Positions 37,343 to 45,671 of a stretch of 64,000 bases of DNA are shown here, in pieces. Origin of the DNA: Myxococcales bacterium (GTDB lineage: Bacteria > Desulfobacterota > Binatia > HRBIN30); assembly GCA_037445065.1 (NCBI GenBank), contig JBBILD010000002.1, positions 184,074-248,073 on the forward strand, read 5' to 3'. The translations under genes were made by a program, and so were the position numbers. Each line of letters opens with the position of its first letter. Within the stretch, counting starts at the first letter, position 1. Under the pieces are notes generated by a model that made no database searches, was not told where the DNA came from, and saw only the letters and a list, made by a program, of their open reading frames with translations.

Positions 37343-38481
37343 AGGACGTAGCGGTTCTTGGTGTGGGGATGTACCGCTTCGGCATGTGGGACGTGCCGAA
37401 TGCGGTGATGGCCCGCGAAGCGGGTATGGCGGCGCTGCGTGATGCGAATCTCTCGTTTCGCGATGTCCAGGCGGCGTACGTAGGCCACATTTTTGCTCCC
37501 GTGATGAGCGCTGTGCGGGTGATGAAGGAGTTTGGGCTTACAGGCCTTCCCGTCCAGCACGTGGAGAACGCCTCTGCCACTGGCTCGGCGGCGTTTCGGG
37601 AAGCGTGCTTGCAGGTAGCCTCTGGTGAGTACGACGTGGTGATGGTCTTAGGCTTCGACAAGATGACGACCATGATCCAGCAGTCGGCCCAGTCCACTTC
37701 CGCCGAGTACATGGAGGATGCCATCTTGCCCGCCGCTTTCTTCGCGTTGTGGGCCACTCGCCGCATGCACGAGCGGGGGATGAAAGCGGAGCACCTGGCG
37801 CGCATCGCCGCGAAGAACTGGAACAACGGTGCCTTGAACCCGATGGCACAGCGCCAGCCTCGGGAGCGAACAACGGTGGAGCGAGTGCTCCAGTCGCGGA
37901 TGGTGGCTTGGCCGCTGACCACGATGATGTGCTGCCCCATGGGTGACGGCGCGGCCTGCGCGATCGTTGGAAGAGCAGACCTCGCAAAGAAGCTGAATCC
38001 GGGGCGCCCGGTTGTGAAGGTGGTGGCCTCCGCGCTGCAAACGGAAAAATACGCTCCCGGCCACCTATTCATTGGACCCGTGGTAGGACCCGCGCAAATG
38101 ACCATCGACACTTCGCGCCAAGTGTACGAAGAGGCGGGGTTGGGTCCCGAGGACTTGGACTTGGTGCAAGTCCACGATGCTTTCGCCATCGAAGAACTGG
38201 AATACTACGAGTTGCTGGGACTCTGCCGGCCCGGAGAAGCAGAAAAATGCATCGAGGAGGGGGACTTCGAGTTGGGTGGCAGGGTGCCGGTTTCGACCGA
38301 TGGAGGGCTGATCGCTCGTGGCCACCCGGGCGGACCCACCGGGCTGGCTCAGATCTGGGAGACAACGCTGCAATTGCGCGGTGAGGCGGGCAAACGGCAA
38401 GTCGAGGGGGCTCGCGTCGGCTTGTGCCACATGATGGGCGGGGGCAGTGTGTGCGTGATCCACATCCTGCAGCGCGACTGA
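37339..38481 (+). CDS. Thiolase-family protein (SCP-x type)
   Basis: VAVLGVGM, VENASATGS, CCPMGDGAA, VHDAF, DGGLIARGHPGGPTG, QLRGEAGKRQV. Confidence 0.92.
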   Translation: MKDVAVLGVGMYRFGMWDVPNAVMAREAGMAALRDANLSFRDVQAAYVGHIFAPVMSAVRVMKEFGLTGLPVQHVENASATGSAAFREACLQVASGEYDVVMVLGFDKMTTMIQQSAQSTSAEYMEDAILPAAFFALWATRRMHERGMKAEHLARIAAKNWNNGALNPMAQRQPRERTTVERVLQSRMVAWPLTTMMCCPMGDGAACAIVGRADLAKKLNPGRPVVKVVASALQTEKYAPGHLFIGPVVGPAQMTIDTSRQVYEEAGLGPEDLDLVQVHDAFAIEELEYYELLGLCRPGEAEKCIEEGDFELGGRVPVSTDGGLIARGHPGGPTGLAQIWETTLQLRGEAGKRQVEGARVGLCHMMGGGSVCVIHILQRD

Positions 38482-38490
38482 GCTCGGACG

Positions 38491-39318
38491 ATGCCGCCCT
38501 ACTTTGGCGGAATTCCCCCCAAGACTCCCGCGAGCCGTGACGAAATCGCCGCGTTCCAGCGGCACCTGCCGCCAAAGCGCTGGCACGGCCTCGATCCGCC
38601 TCTCGTACGCTGCGGGGTGATTGGCCAAGGCGCCGGACTGGTAGTGGCCGCCTGGACAGCGGCTTCCCTCACGGAGGAAAAGAACGCCGGTGTGCAAATG
38701 TTCCGTTCTTTTGGCGTTGCCGCCACGATGCGAGTCGTACAAACCCTGCCGGGGGCGCTTACGACGCCAGGGAGCCTCCTTGTCGGCGACGTGCTCGAGG
38801 AATTGGGTGCGCTCGATGCGCCCTTTGGTCCGGTGCGAAACGAGAAAGACCTTCAGGGTTTTTGGGATGCAGTCGCCTCACTGGGAGCAGAGGTTTTCGT
38901 AACCGACGAGAACAGCGGGCGGCGGCTGCTTACAGCAGCGACTCCAGCCGGTGCGACCGGCAACCTGAAAAAGTGGATTTGGGTGAGCGGCTCCCCGAGG
39001 TTCCGCCCTCCTCCCCTACCCCGCTGGGCTTCGATGGTCGAGTGCCACGTGTGGTTCACAGCTCCGGAGGCAGAGAGCTTTTTTGCGTTTCTCTGCCCAC
39101 AGGGCCGTGTCCACCTGCGCCTGCCGGAACGGGTGCGCCTGGCGCAAGAAGGGCGCGCCCAAGCCACCTGCTCCGGTTTGATCGTCAACTGCAAGGAAAC
39201 CGCCGGCTTTGACGTGCTGGTGCAATGGCCGGTACGCGGCATCACAGCCTGTGCGTGCGGGAAGAAGGGCGCGCTCGAATTGACGCAACCGCAGGAGAAT
39301 GTATGGACCTACGACTGA
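38491..39318 (+). CDS. Hypothetical protein, possibly a degenerate phenylacetate-CoA ligase (PaaK)-like protein
   Basis: WT...L....G...FRSFGV...MRVV..LPGAL.TPG..L.GD..EELGAL..PFG and CACGK resemble the PaaK layout, but the SSGTTG loop is absent. Confidence 0.55.
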   Translation: MPPYFGGIPPKTPASRDEIAAFQRHLPPKRWHGLDPPLVRCGVIGQGAGLVVAAWTAASLTEEKNAGVQMFRSFGVAATMRVVQTLPGALTTPGSLLVGDVLEELGALDAPFGPVRNEKDLQGFWDAVASLGAEVFVTDENSGRRLLTAATPAGATGNLKKWIWVSGSPRFRPPPLPRWASMVECHVWFTAPEAESFFAFLCPQGRVHLRLPERVRLAQEGRAQATCSGLIVNCKETAGFDVLVQWPVRGITACACGKKGALELTQPQENVWTYD

Positions 39319-40493
39319 CTCCCGAGCAAGAACAGTTTCGCGCTTCCGTTCGGCGTTGGTTGAGAGAAAACCTGCCAGCGGGCTGGGGGACACCCGCGTA
39401 CCAACCTCCTGCCACTGCCGAAGAGCAAGTGGCCTTTGCACGCTGGTGGCAACGAAAACTCTACGAAGGTGGTTGGGCAGGGCTGACCTGGCCGCGGGAG
39501 TATGGCGGAAGGGGCGCGTCGCTCGTCGAGCAACTCCTCTACAACGAAGAATACGCGCGTGCGGCGGCCCCCGACATTTTGTGCCTGAAGATCGGTTTGA
39601 GCTTGGTGGGTCCCACCCTGATCGCGTGCGGGAGCGAATGGCAAAAAGAGTTCTTCCTGCCAAGGATTCTGACGGGCGAACACATTTGGTGTCAGGGTTT
39701 TTCCGAACCGAATGCCGGATCGGATCTTGCAGCCGTGCGTACCCGCGCGGAGCGACAGGGAGACACCTTCCGCGTGACGGGGCAGAAGATTTGGACCAGC
39801 GTGGCTCGTTACGCGGATTTTTGCATGCTGGTTGCGCGCACCCGCTTCGATGGCCCGAAGCACCGAGGACTCACGTTTTTCCTTGTTGACATGAGGAGTC
39901 CGGGAATCACCGTACGCCCTCTTCGGGAAATGACGGGAGAAGCCTGGTTCAACGAAGTGTTTTTTGATGGCGTGGAGGTCGGCGCTGATCATGTGGTCGG
40001 GGAAGTGGACGGGGGTTGGGAAGTCATTCTCACCACGCTCGGCCACGAACGCGCGGGTACGACCCCGCATGTCCGTCTCCAGGCCGAGGTGCAGCGCTTG
40101 GCGCGGTTGGCGCAGGCTACCGCGCGATTTGGGCAGCCTGCCGCCTGTGACCCCGTCATTCGCCAGAAGGTTGCCCAGTCGTGGATCGAAACGACGATTT
40201 TGCGTTACACCGCCTACCGGAACGTGACGCAAATGGCGCGGCGCGGTGTTCCGGGTCCCGAAGGATCCATCTTGAAACTGTTTTGGAGCGAACTCGAACA
40301 GCGGCTCAAAGACACGGCCTTTGAGATTCTTGGTCCCTCAGGCCTCCTCGAACGAGACGACCCGCGCACGGTGGAAAAAGGTTTCTGGGCGCACGAGCTT
40401 CTGTGGTCCCGCTCTGCAACCATCTACGCTGGGACTTCTGAAATCCAGCGGAACATCCTAGCACAGCGGATTCTGGGGCTCCCCCGCTCTTGA
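39303..40493 (+). CDS. Acyl-CoA dehydrogenase
   Basis: WPREYGGRG, WCQGFSEPNAGSDLA, GQKIWTS, FNEVFFD, TIYAGTSEIQRNI. Confidence 0.96.
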   Translation: MDLRLTPEQEQFRASVRRWLRENLPAGWGTPAYQPPATAEEQVAFARWWQRKLYEGGWAGLTWPREYGGRGASLVEQLLYNEEYARAAAPDILCLKIGLSLVGPTLIACGSEWQKEFFLPRILTGEHIWCQGFSEPNAGSDLAAVRTRAERQGDTFRVTGQKIWTSVARYADFCMLVARTRFDGPKHRGLTFFLVDMRSPGITVRPLREMTGEAWFNEVFFDGVEVGADHVVGEVDGGWEVILTTLGHERAGTTPHVRLQAEVQRLARLAQATARFGQPAACDPVIRQKVAQSWIETTILRYTAYRNVTQMARRGVPGPEGSILKLFWSELEQRLKDTAFEILGPSGLLERDDPRTVEKGFWAHELLWSRSATIYAGTSEIQRNILAQRILGLPRS

Positions 40494-40541
40494 CCGAGCC
40501 CGCGTCTGGCAGCACGCTGCTTCTCGGCGTCGAGGAACGTC

Positions 40542-41033
40542 GTGCAGTACTGCCCTCACTGCGGACAGCGGCTAGAGGCCAAGCGCAAAGGCGCCAGCTT
40601 TTGCGTTCGGTGTCGTCGTTGGCTGTACCGGAATCCTGCTGTAGGTGTGGCCGTGCTGGTTGTTCGCGACACCCGAGTGTTGCTCGCGCGCCGAAGGCGA
40701 GGCGCCTATGCGGGGCTTTGGTGCGTGCCGTGCGGGTACGTTGAATGGGACGAAGATGTACGCGTTGCGGCCAGGCGGGAATTGATGGAGGAAACTGGGC
40801 TAGACGTCGAGCTAGGGGATGTTTTTGATGTCCAATCCAACTTTCACGACCCAGAACACCAGTCGGTGGGAATTTGGTTTCTGGCCCGTTCCTGGGCTGG
40901 TACACCCAGGGCTGGAGACGATGTCGATCGAGTGGAGTTTTTTTCGTTCGATGCGCTGCCAGACCTAGCCTTCCCCACGGATCGGATCGTTTTGGAGAAG
41001 CTAGCTCGGTTGCTGTTGGCTCGGTGCGTTTGA
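40542..41033 (+). CDS. NUDIX hydrolase with N-terminal Zn ribbon
   Basis: YCPHCG...CVRC, YRNP, Nudix box [23 protein letters not shown]. Confidence 0.92.
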   Translation: MQYCPHCGQRLEAKRKGASFCVRCRRWLYRNPAVGVAVLVVRDTRVLLARRRRGAYAGLWCVPCGYVEWDEDVRVAARRELMEETGLDVELGDVFDVQSNFHDPEHQSVGIWFLARSWAGTPRAGDDVDRVEFFSFDALPDLAFPTDRIVLEKLARLLLARCV

Positions 41034-41046
41034 AATCGCGCAAAAG

Positions 41047-41856
41047 CTAAAAGCCGCGTTCCAACGCGCGCTGGGTGAATTCGTCATCGCCGAGGCCCGA
41101 GTCGTACTCCACTTTAGTAAAGGTTACCACGGTGCGGCTACCGCCAGCTTCGTTACGCATCTCCATCGAAAACGGAGTAGGAATTGCCCCAATTTTGCGA
41201 ATGTCGCCGAGCACCAAGCGTTTGACCACCCGACCTTCCGAATCCACCATCTCGAAGCGCACTACGATCAGGTCTTCGGCGTCGAGCCAGGTGCGCACAC
41301 GTGCATAGCCGATTTCCTTACCTGTCGGAGTGAACTCCAGTACGTGGCAGGAGCGCCCTCCGCAGTCTTCGGTGCGCAGGAGTTCGGCCCGCGCCTCGCT
41401 ATCGTCCCAATCGAGAATCTGGGTGATCACGGCCAGGTCTTCGTAACTGAAGTCGGTGCCAACAAAGCTCTCGCGTTTGGCAGCACCACTGATCTGGCGA
41501 ACCTTTCCCAACTCCGGCAAATAGAGCCACTGTTCATCGCGGCCCTTGGGGTCGGCCCACTGCAACATGCCAACGCCACGGACATCGGCCGGGTTACGGA
41601 AAAACACGACCGAGCGCGTTCGGTCCTGCGGATACTTCTTCATCTTGATGATGAGTTCGCGCGAGCGCTCGCCGCCGCGCCGATCGATGATGCGGAGCTG
41701 AAGCTCTTGGGTGCGATCGGTCCACTTTCGCGTCGTGTCCGCCAGCTCCCGCGCTTTGGCCAAGAGAGCCTTGGCGCGATCATCGGCGACACTGGGCTGC
41801 ACTGCACTGGCGAGAAGCACCACCACAGCCAGCACCGGAAACCTTACCCATCTCAT
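41047..41856 (-). CDS. Outer-membrane lipoprotein-sorting (LolA-like) protein
   Basis: Signal peptide, F..PADVRG, WLYLPELGKVRQI, SFVGTDFSYEDL, FTQRALE. Confidence 0.87.
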   Translation of the reverse strand: MRWVRFPVLAVVVLLASAVQPSVADDRAKALLAKARELADTTRKWTDRTQELQLRIIDRRGGERSRELIIKMKKYPQDRTRSVVFFRNPADVRGVGMLQWADPKGRDEQWLYLPELGKVRQISGAAKRESFVGTDFSYEDLAVITQILDWDDSEARAELLRTEDCGGRSCHVLEFTPTGKEIGYARVRTWLDAEDLIVVRFEMVDSEGRVVKRLVLGDIRKIGAIPTPFSMEMRNEAGGSRTVVTFTKVEYDSGLGDDEFTQRALERGF

Positions 41857-41871
41857 CCTCGCCTCCTCCCC

Positions 41872-42438
41872 TTACCGGTGTTGGGGTTTATCCACCGCTC
41901 CTTGCGCCTCCACCCATAACAAGCCCTTGTACACATAGTGAACTCCAGAGGCGGTAACGGTGACCGCGGTGGCGTACCAAAGCAAGCGGTTCCATTCCCC
42001 GAGCGGTAATTCGGGGCGGGCCAAGGTGAGTAACGCAAAGCCGATCGTCAGCATCTCGAGAAAAGTGTTCACCTTGCTGATCTGCGTTGGAGAGACTTCC
42101 ATCGGCATCCCGAGAAAGTAAAGAGCGAGGTATCCGACGAGGATGACGACGTCGCGACTGATCACGAGTATCAGTAACCAAGCCGGGATCACGCCCAGCC
42201 AGGCAAGGCCGAGAAAGGAACTGACGACCAAGAGCTTGTCCGCAAGCGGGTCGAGGCTCGCTCCGATCGAACTCTTGCTGTCACAGGCCCGCGCGATGGC
42301 GCCGTCAATGCCGTCCGTTACGGCTGCGAGAAGAAACAAGACCAGCGCTGCTCCGTACCGTTGCGCGGTCAGCAAAATCAGAAAGGTGGGCACCGCGACG
42401 ATTCGCAGCAGCGTAAGAAAGTTCGGCAATGTCAGCAT
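41872..42438 (-). CDS. CDP-alcohol phosphatidyltransferase (PgsA-like)
   Basis: TLPNFLTLLRI, signature TDGIDGAIAR...GASLDPLADK. Confidence 0.94.
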   Translation of the reverse strand: MLTLPNFLTLLRIVAVPTFLILLTAQRYGAALVLFLLAAVTDGIDGAIARACDSKSSIGASLDPLADKLLVVSSFLGLAWLGVIPAWLLILVISRDVVILVGYLALYFLGMPMEVSPTQISKVNTFLEMLTIGFALLTLARPELPLGEWNRLLWYATAVTVTASGVHYVYKGLLWVEAQGAVDKPQHR

Positions 42439-42583
42439 CGGCTTGTACGGCCCCTACCTTGCCTAGCGGTAGAAGACAACCTGCGGTTCCCCAGATTCGG
42501 CTTGCGAGCTCTCGCTGATCTCCCGTAGGGTGAAGTTCGCTCGGCTGGCCAAACCGACTTCTCAGGGGAAAGGAAGAAGGAGC

Positions 42584-43027
42584 ATGCCTGGAAGCGCAGA
42601 CAAACTCCAAATTGCGCGCATCTTGCTGATCGAAGACAACGCCCAGGACATCGAGTGGACCCGCCGCGTCTTTCAGCGCGGCCACCTCGGCAATCCGTTG
42701 ACCGTGGTGGAGAATGGGGCCGAAGCATTGGATCTCTTGTCGCGTACAGCCAATGACCCGGAAGGGCTACCGTTCGACTTGATTTTGCTGGATCTCACAC
42801 TGCCAGGGGTCGACGGGCGTACCTTACTCACCCAACTTTCGGAAGACCGGCGCCTGCGCAGGGTTCCGGTTGTAGTTCTCACTGGCTCTCAACGGGAGGA
42901 CGACATGGTTCTGGCGTACAAGAGCGGTGCGGTGGCCTTCCTGCGCAAGCCCGTAGATGTCGAGCGTTTAATCAAGGTGGTCGGCGACCTGTACGGATAC
43001 CGGGTCTTTATTGTCAAGGAAACCTAA
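42584..43027 (+). CDS. Single-domain response regulator (Rcp1-like)
   Basis: ILLIEDN, DLILLDLTLPGVDG, PVVVLTGS, FLRKPV. ATG follows AAGGAG. Confidence 0.92.
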   Translation: MPGSADKLQIARILLIEDNAQDIEWTRRVFQRGHLGNPLTVVENGAEALDLLSRTANDPEGLPFDLILLDLTLPGVDGRTLLTQLSEDRRLRRVPVVVLTGSQREDDMVLAYKSGAVAFLRKPVDVERLIKVVGDLYGYRVFIVKET

Positions 43028-43058
43028 CCTCCTAACGCAACCGCCAGCCGGAACGAAG

Positions 43059-43499
43059 TTATCGCAGGGGTTCGTTTGTCTGCAGCCAGAAACGAACCAG
43101 CCACTGGATTGCACGCAGGAAGCGTACAAATTCAACGGGTTTCACCACGTATCCGTTGACCCCGAGGTAGTAACACGCAGTGATGTCTTGCGGCTCTTGC
43201 GAGGACGTGAGAACCACCAGAGGTAAAGGTTTGAGCCGCTCGTCGGCGCGTACCGCCTGGATGAATTCCTGCCCGCTCATACCGGGCATGCGCAGATCGA
43301 TGACTGCAACTGCAGGTAAAGAACGCGGGTACTCGGGAGCATTCTTGGCGTCGCTCAACATGCGCCAAGCGCTGGTGGCATCGGGCAAGCAGACTACGCG
43401 CGATTCGAACCCGAGTTCGCGGCAGGCCAAAAGGAACAGTTCCGTGTCCTGCGGGTCGTCCTCGACTAGCAACAGCGGCCGTTCCTCAGCGAGTCTCAC
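43059..43499 (-). CDS. Single-domain response regulator (Rcp1-like)
   Basis: LLVEDD, IDLRMPGMSG, VVLTSS, GVNGYVVKPVEF, C-terminal FW. Confidence 0.92.
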   Translation of the reverse strand: MRLAEERPLLLVEDDPQDTELFLLACRELGFESRVVCLPDATSAWRMLSDAKNAPEYPRSLPAVAVIDLRMPGMSGQEFIQAVRADERLKPLPLVVLTSSQEPQDITACYYLGVNGYVVKPVEFVRFLRAIQWLVRFWLQTNEPLR

Positions 43500-43569
43500 G
43501 TGCCTGCCCTCTGACTTGCGTCTAGTATGCCTGCACAAACGGGAGGGCTGCAAATGGGAACTTTGCGCC

Positions 43570-44274
43570 TTACTCCGGGTCCTTCGGGAAGGTGCAACAC
43601 ACCACAGTGCCCGCTGTAGGGCGCCGGCTCAGGCTGATCTGAGCTCCGTAGTGAGAGAGAATCGTCCGCGCGATGAAAAGGCCCAATCCTACACCCGGCC
43701 AAACTGTACGCGAGCGCAGCAATGCGAACGGGCGAAAGCAAATCTCCGGGTCCTCGCCTGGCAAGCCTGCGCCGTTGTCCTCGATGGTCAGAGTGCTGTG
43801 CCCGCCCAGTTCCACCGCACGGATGACCACCGTTGCGTCGTTCCGATGCCGCGTTGCCAGCGCTGCGTTGCGCAAAAGTTCCGCGAGCAACAGTTGGAAG
43901 TGGCTGCGGCGCCCGACAACCGTCATCTTGCCGTTTGCCTCCACTGCGAAGCGCCAACCCTGCTGCTGGAGAGCGCCGCTTTGTTCCACGGCCAGCGCAA
44001 TCAATTCGCACGGCACTCTGGACTCTGGCGGCGTTGCCGCTTCTGCAAGCTTGGTGAGCCCCTCAGCAAGAGCCTCTAACTTGCTGATCGCTTGGCTGGT
44101 TTGCCTCAGGTAAACACCCGCCTCAGGTGTACCGCTCCGTGTCAGTTCTTCCTGAAGCAACGTGCCGAAGCCCTTGAGGGCTCGCAACGGAGCCATCAGC
44201 TCGTGCACCAGCGGGAAAAGAAAGGATGGGGACGGCGCGGTCAGTGGCCCAGCCGGTGTTCCAGAAGCGGTCAT
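43570..44274 (-). CDS. Histidine kinase core without sensor domain
   Basis: H-box HELMAPLRALKGF at about residue 24, N-box ELLRNA, G1 EDNGAG, F-box FRPF, G2 GVGLGL. Confidence 0.8.
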   Translation of the reverse strand: MTASGTPAGPLTAPSPSFLFPLVHELMAPLRALKGFGTLLQEELTRSGTPEAGVYLRQTSQAISKLEALAEGLTKLAEAATPPESRVPCELIALAVEQSGALQQQGWRFAVEANGKMTVVGRRSHFQLLLAELLRNAALATRHRNDATVVIRAVELGGHSTLTIEDNGAGLPGEDPEICFRPFALLRSRTVWPGVGLGLFIARTILSHYGAQISLSRRPTAGTVVCCTFPKDPE

Positions 44275-45671
44275 GGCTGGCGGGCAGGAGTCGTGGCGAG
44301 AGATGCTGGCCCACTCTCTTCACGTTTCGCCGGCGCTAACGCCACGCTGCGCAGTTGGCCAGCGAGCTTCGCGGGCACTAGGGCGTTGAGTTCCACGAAA
44401 TCACTCGAATACTCCTCGGAGAGAATCCGGCCGAAGCGCCGCGCTCTGGCAACCAGATCTCCGCGGTTCAGGGGTAGTGCGACTCGCACCTCTTCCAGTC
44501 GCTGTGCGAGCGTTGCCTCGATCCGGGCCAGGAGCTGATCGATCCCCTGCCCTGTCCGCGCTGAGACCCTGCTGCTCGAACCGCTCCATGCGATGCCGAG
44601 TGGCTCGCCTTCTAGCAAATCCATTTTGTTCCAGACGACGATCTGCGGCTTGTCCTGGGCTCCGAGCTCCGCCAGCACCTGGTGCACCGTATGAACCTGT
44701 TGTTCCCGATTGGGGTGGCTCGCGTCAACTACGTGCAGCAGGAGATCCGCCGTCTGGACTTCTTCGAGCGTGCTACGAAAAGCGTTAACAAAGCCGTGCG
44801 GAAGCTTGTGAATGAAACCTACGGTGTCGACTAGCAAGGCTACGCTTCCTGACGGCAAGCGAAGCTGCCGCGTCATCGGGTCGAGGGTAGCAAACAACCG
44901 ATCTGCGACCTGGGATTCCGCCCCCGTCAATCGGTTCATGAGAGTACTCTTCCCCGCATTCGTGTAACCCACCAAAACAATCGTGGGAAACGGCGCATCC
45001 GCCCGCGCGACTCGATGCAACTGGCGCGTACGGGCCACCTCCCGTAATCGCCGCCGTATGTGGGCCATCCGCTCCCGCACCTTGCGCCGGTCGACTTCGA
45101 GCTGCGTTTCGCCGGGTCCGCGCGTGCCCACCCCTCCACCGAGGCGCGACAAGTGGGCCCATTGGCGGGTCAGGCGTGGCAACAGATATTGGAGTTGGGC
45201 CAGTTCGACTTGCAGTTTTCCCTCTAGGCTACGGGCGCGCTGTGCAAAAATATCCAAGATTAATTGGCTGCGATCAATGACTTTTACGCGCAACGACGCC
45301 TCCAAATTTCGCTGTTGCGCGGGCGAGAGAGGCTCGTCGAAGACGACCACGTCCGCAGCCACAGCGTGGACCAGTTCCCGAACTTCCTCCACTTTGCCGG
45401 CACCGATGAAGGTCGCGGCGCTTGGTTTTCGCAAGCTTTGCAGCACCCGCGCGACCGTGATCAGTCCTGCGGTATCGGCCAGACGTTCGAGTTCGGTGAG
45501 CGATTCCAATCCGCTAAATGCTTGCCGCTTCCACCCCTCTGCTCCAACCAAGATGGCCCTCTCGCGCGGCCGCTGCGAGGCAAGCGTTGCCGCTACGCGA
45601 CCGGAAACAGCAAAGGCGCCGGCAGCGGGCAACGTTGGCTCAAGCCCAATACGCGAGGCGTGTCGTTTCAC
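44271..45671 (-). CDS. hflX: GTPase HflX
   Basis: LILDIFAQRA, GKLQVELAQL, GPGETQLEVDRR, GYTNAGKST, LFATLD, DTVGFI. Confidence 0.97.
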   Translation of the reverse strand: MKRHASRIGLEPTLPAAGAFAVSGRVAATLASQRPRERAILVGAEGWKRQAFSGLESLTELERLADTAGLITVARVLQSLRKPSAATFIGAGKVEEVRELVHAVAADVVVFDEPLSPAQQRNLEASLRVKVIDRSQLILDIFAQRARSLEGKLQVELAQLQYLLPRLTRQWAHLSRLGGGVGTRGPGETQLEVDRRKVRERMAHIRRRLREVARTRQLHRVARADAPFPTIVLVGYTNAGKSTLMNRLTGAESQVADRLFATLDPMTRQLRLPSGSVALLVDTVGFIHKLPHGFVNAFRSTLEEVQTADLLLHVVDASHPNREQQVHTVHQVLAELGAQDKPQIVVWNKMDLLEGEPLGIAWSGSSSRVSARTGQGIDQLLARIEATLAQRLEEVRVALPLNRGDLVARARRFGRILSEEYSSDFVELNALVPAKLAGQLRSVALAPAKREESGPASLATTPARQP

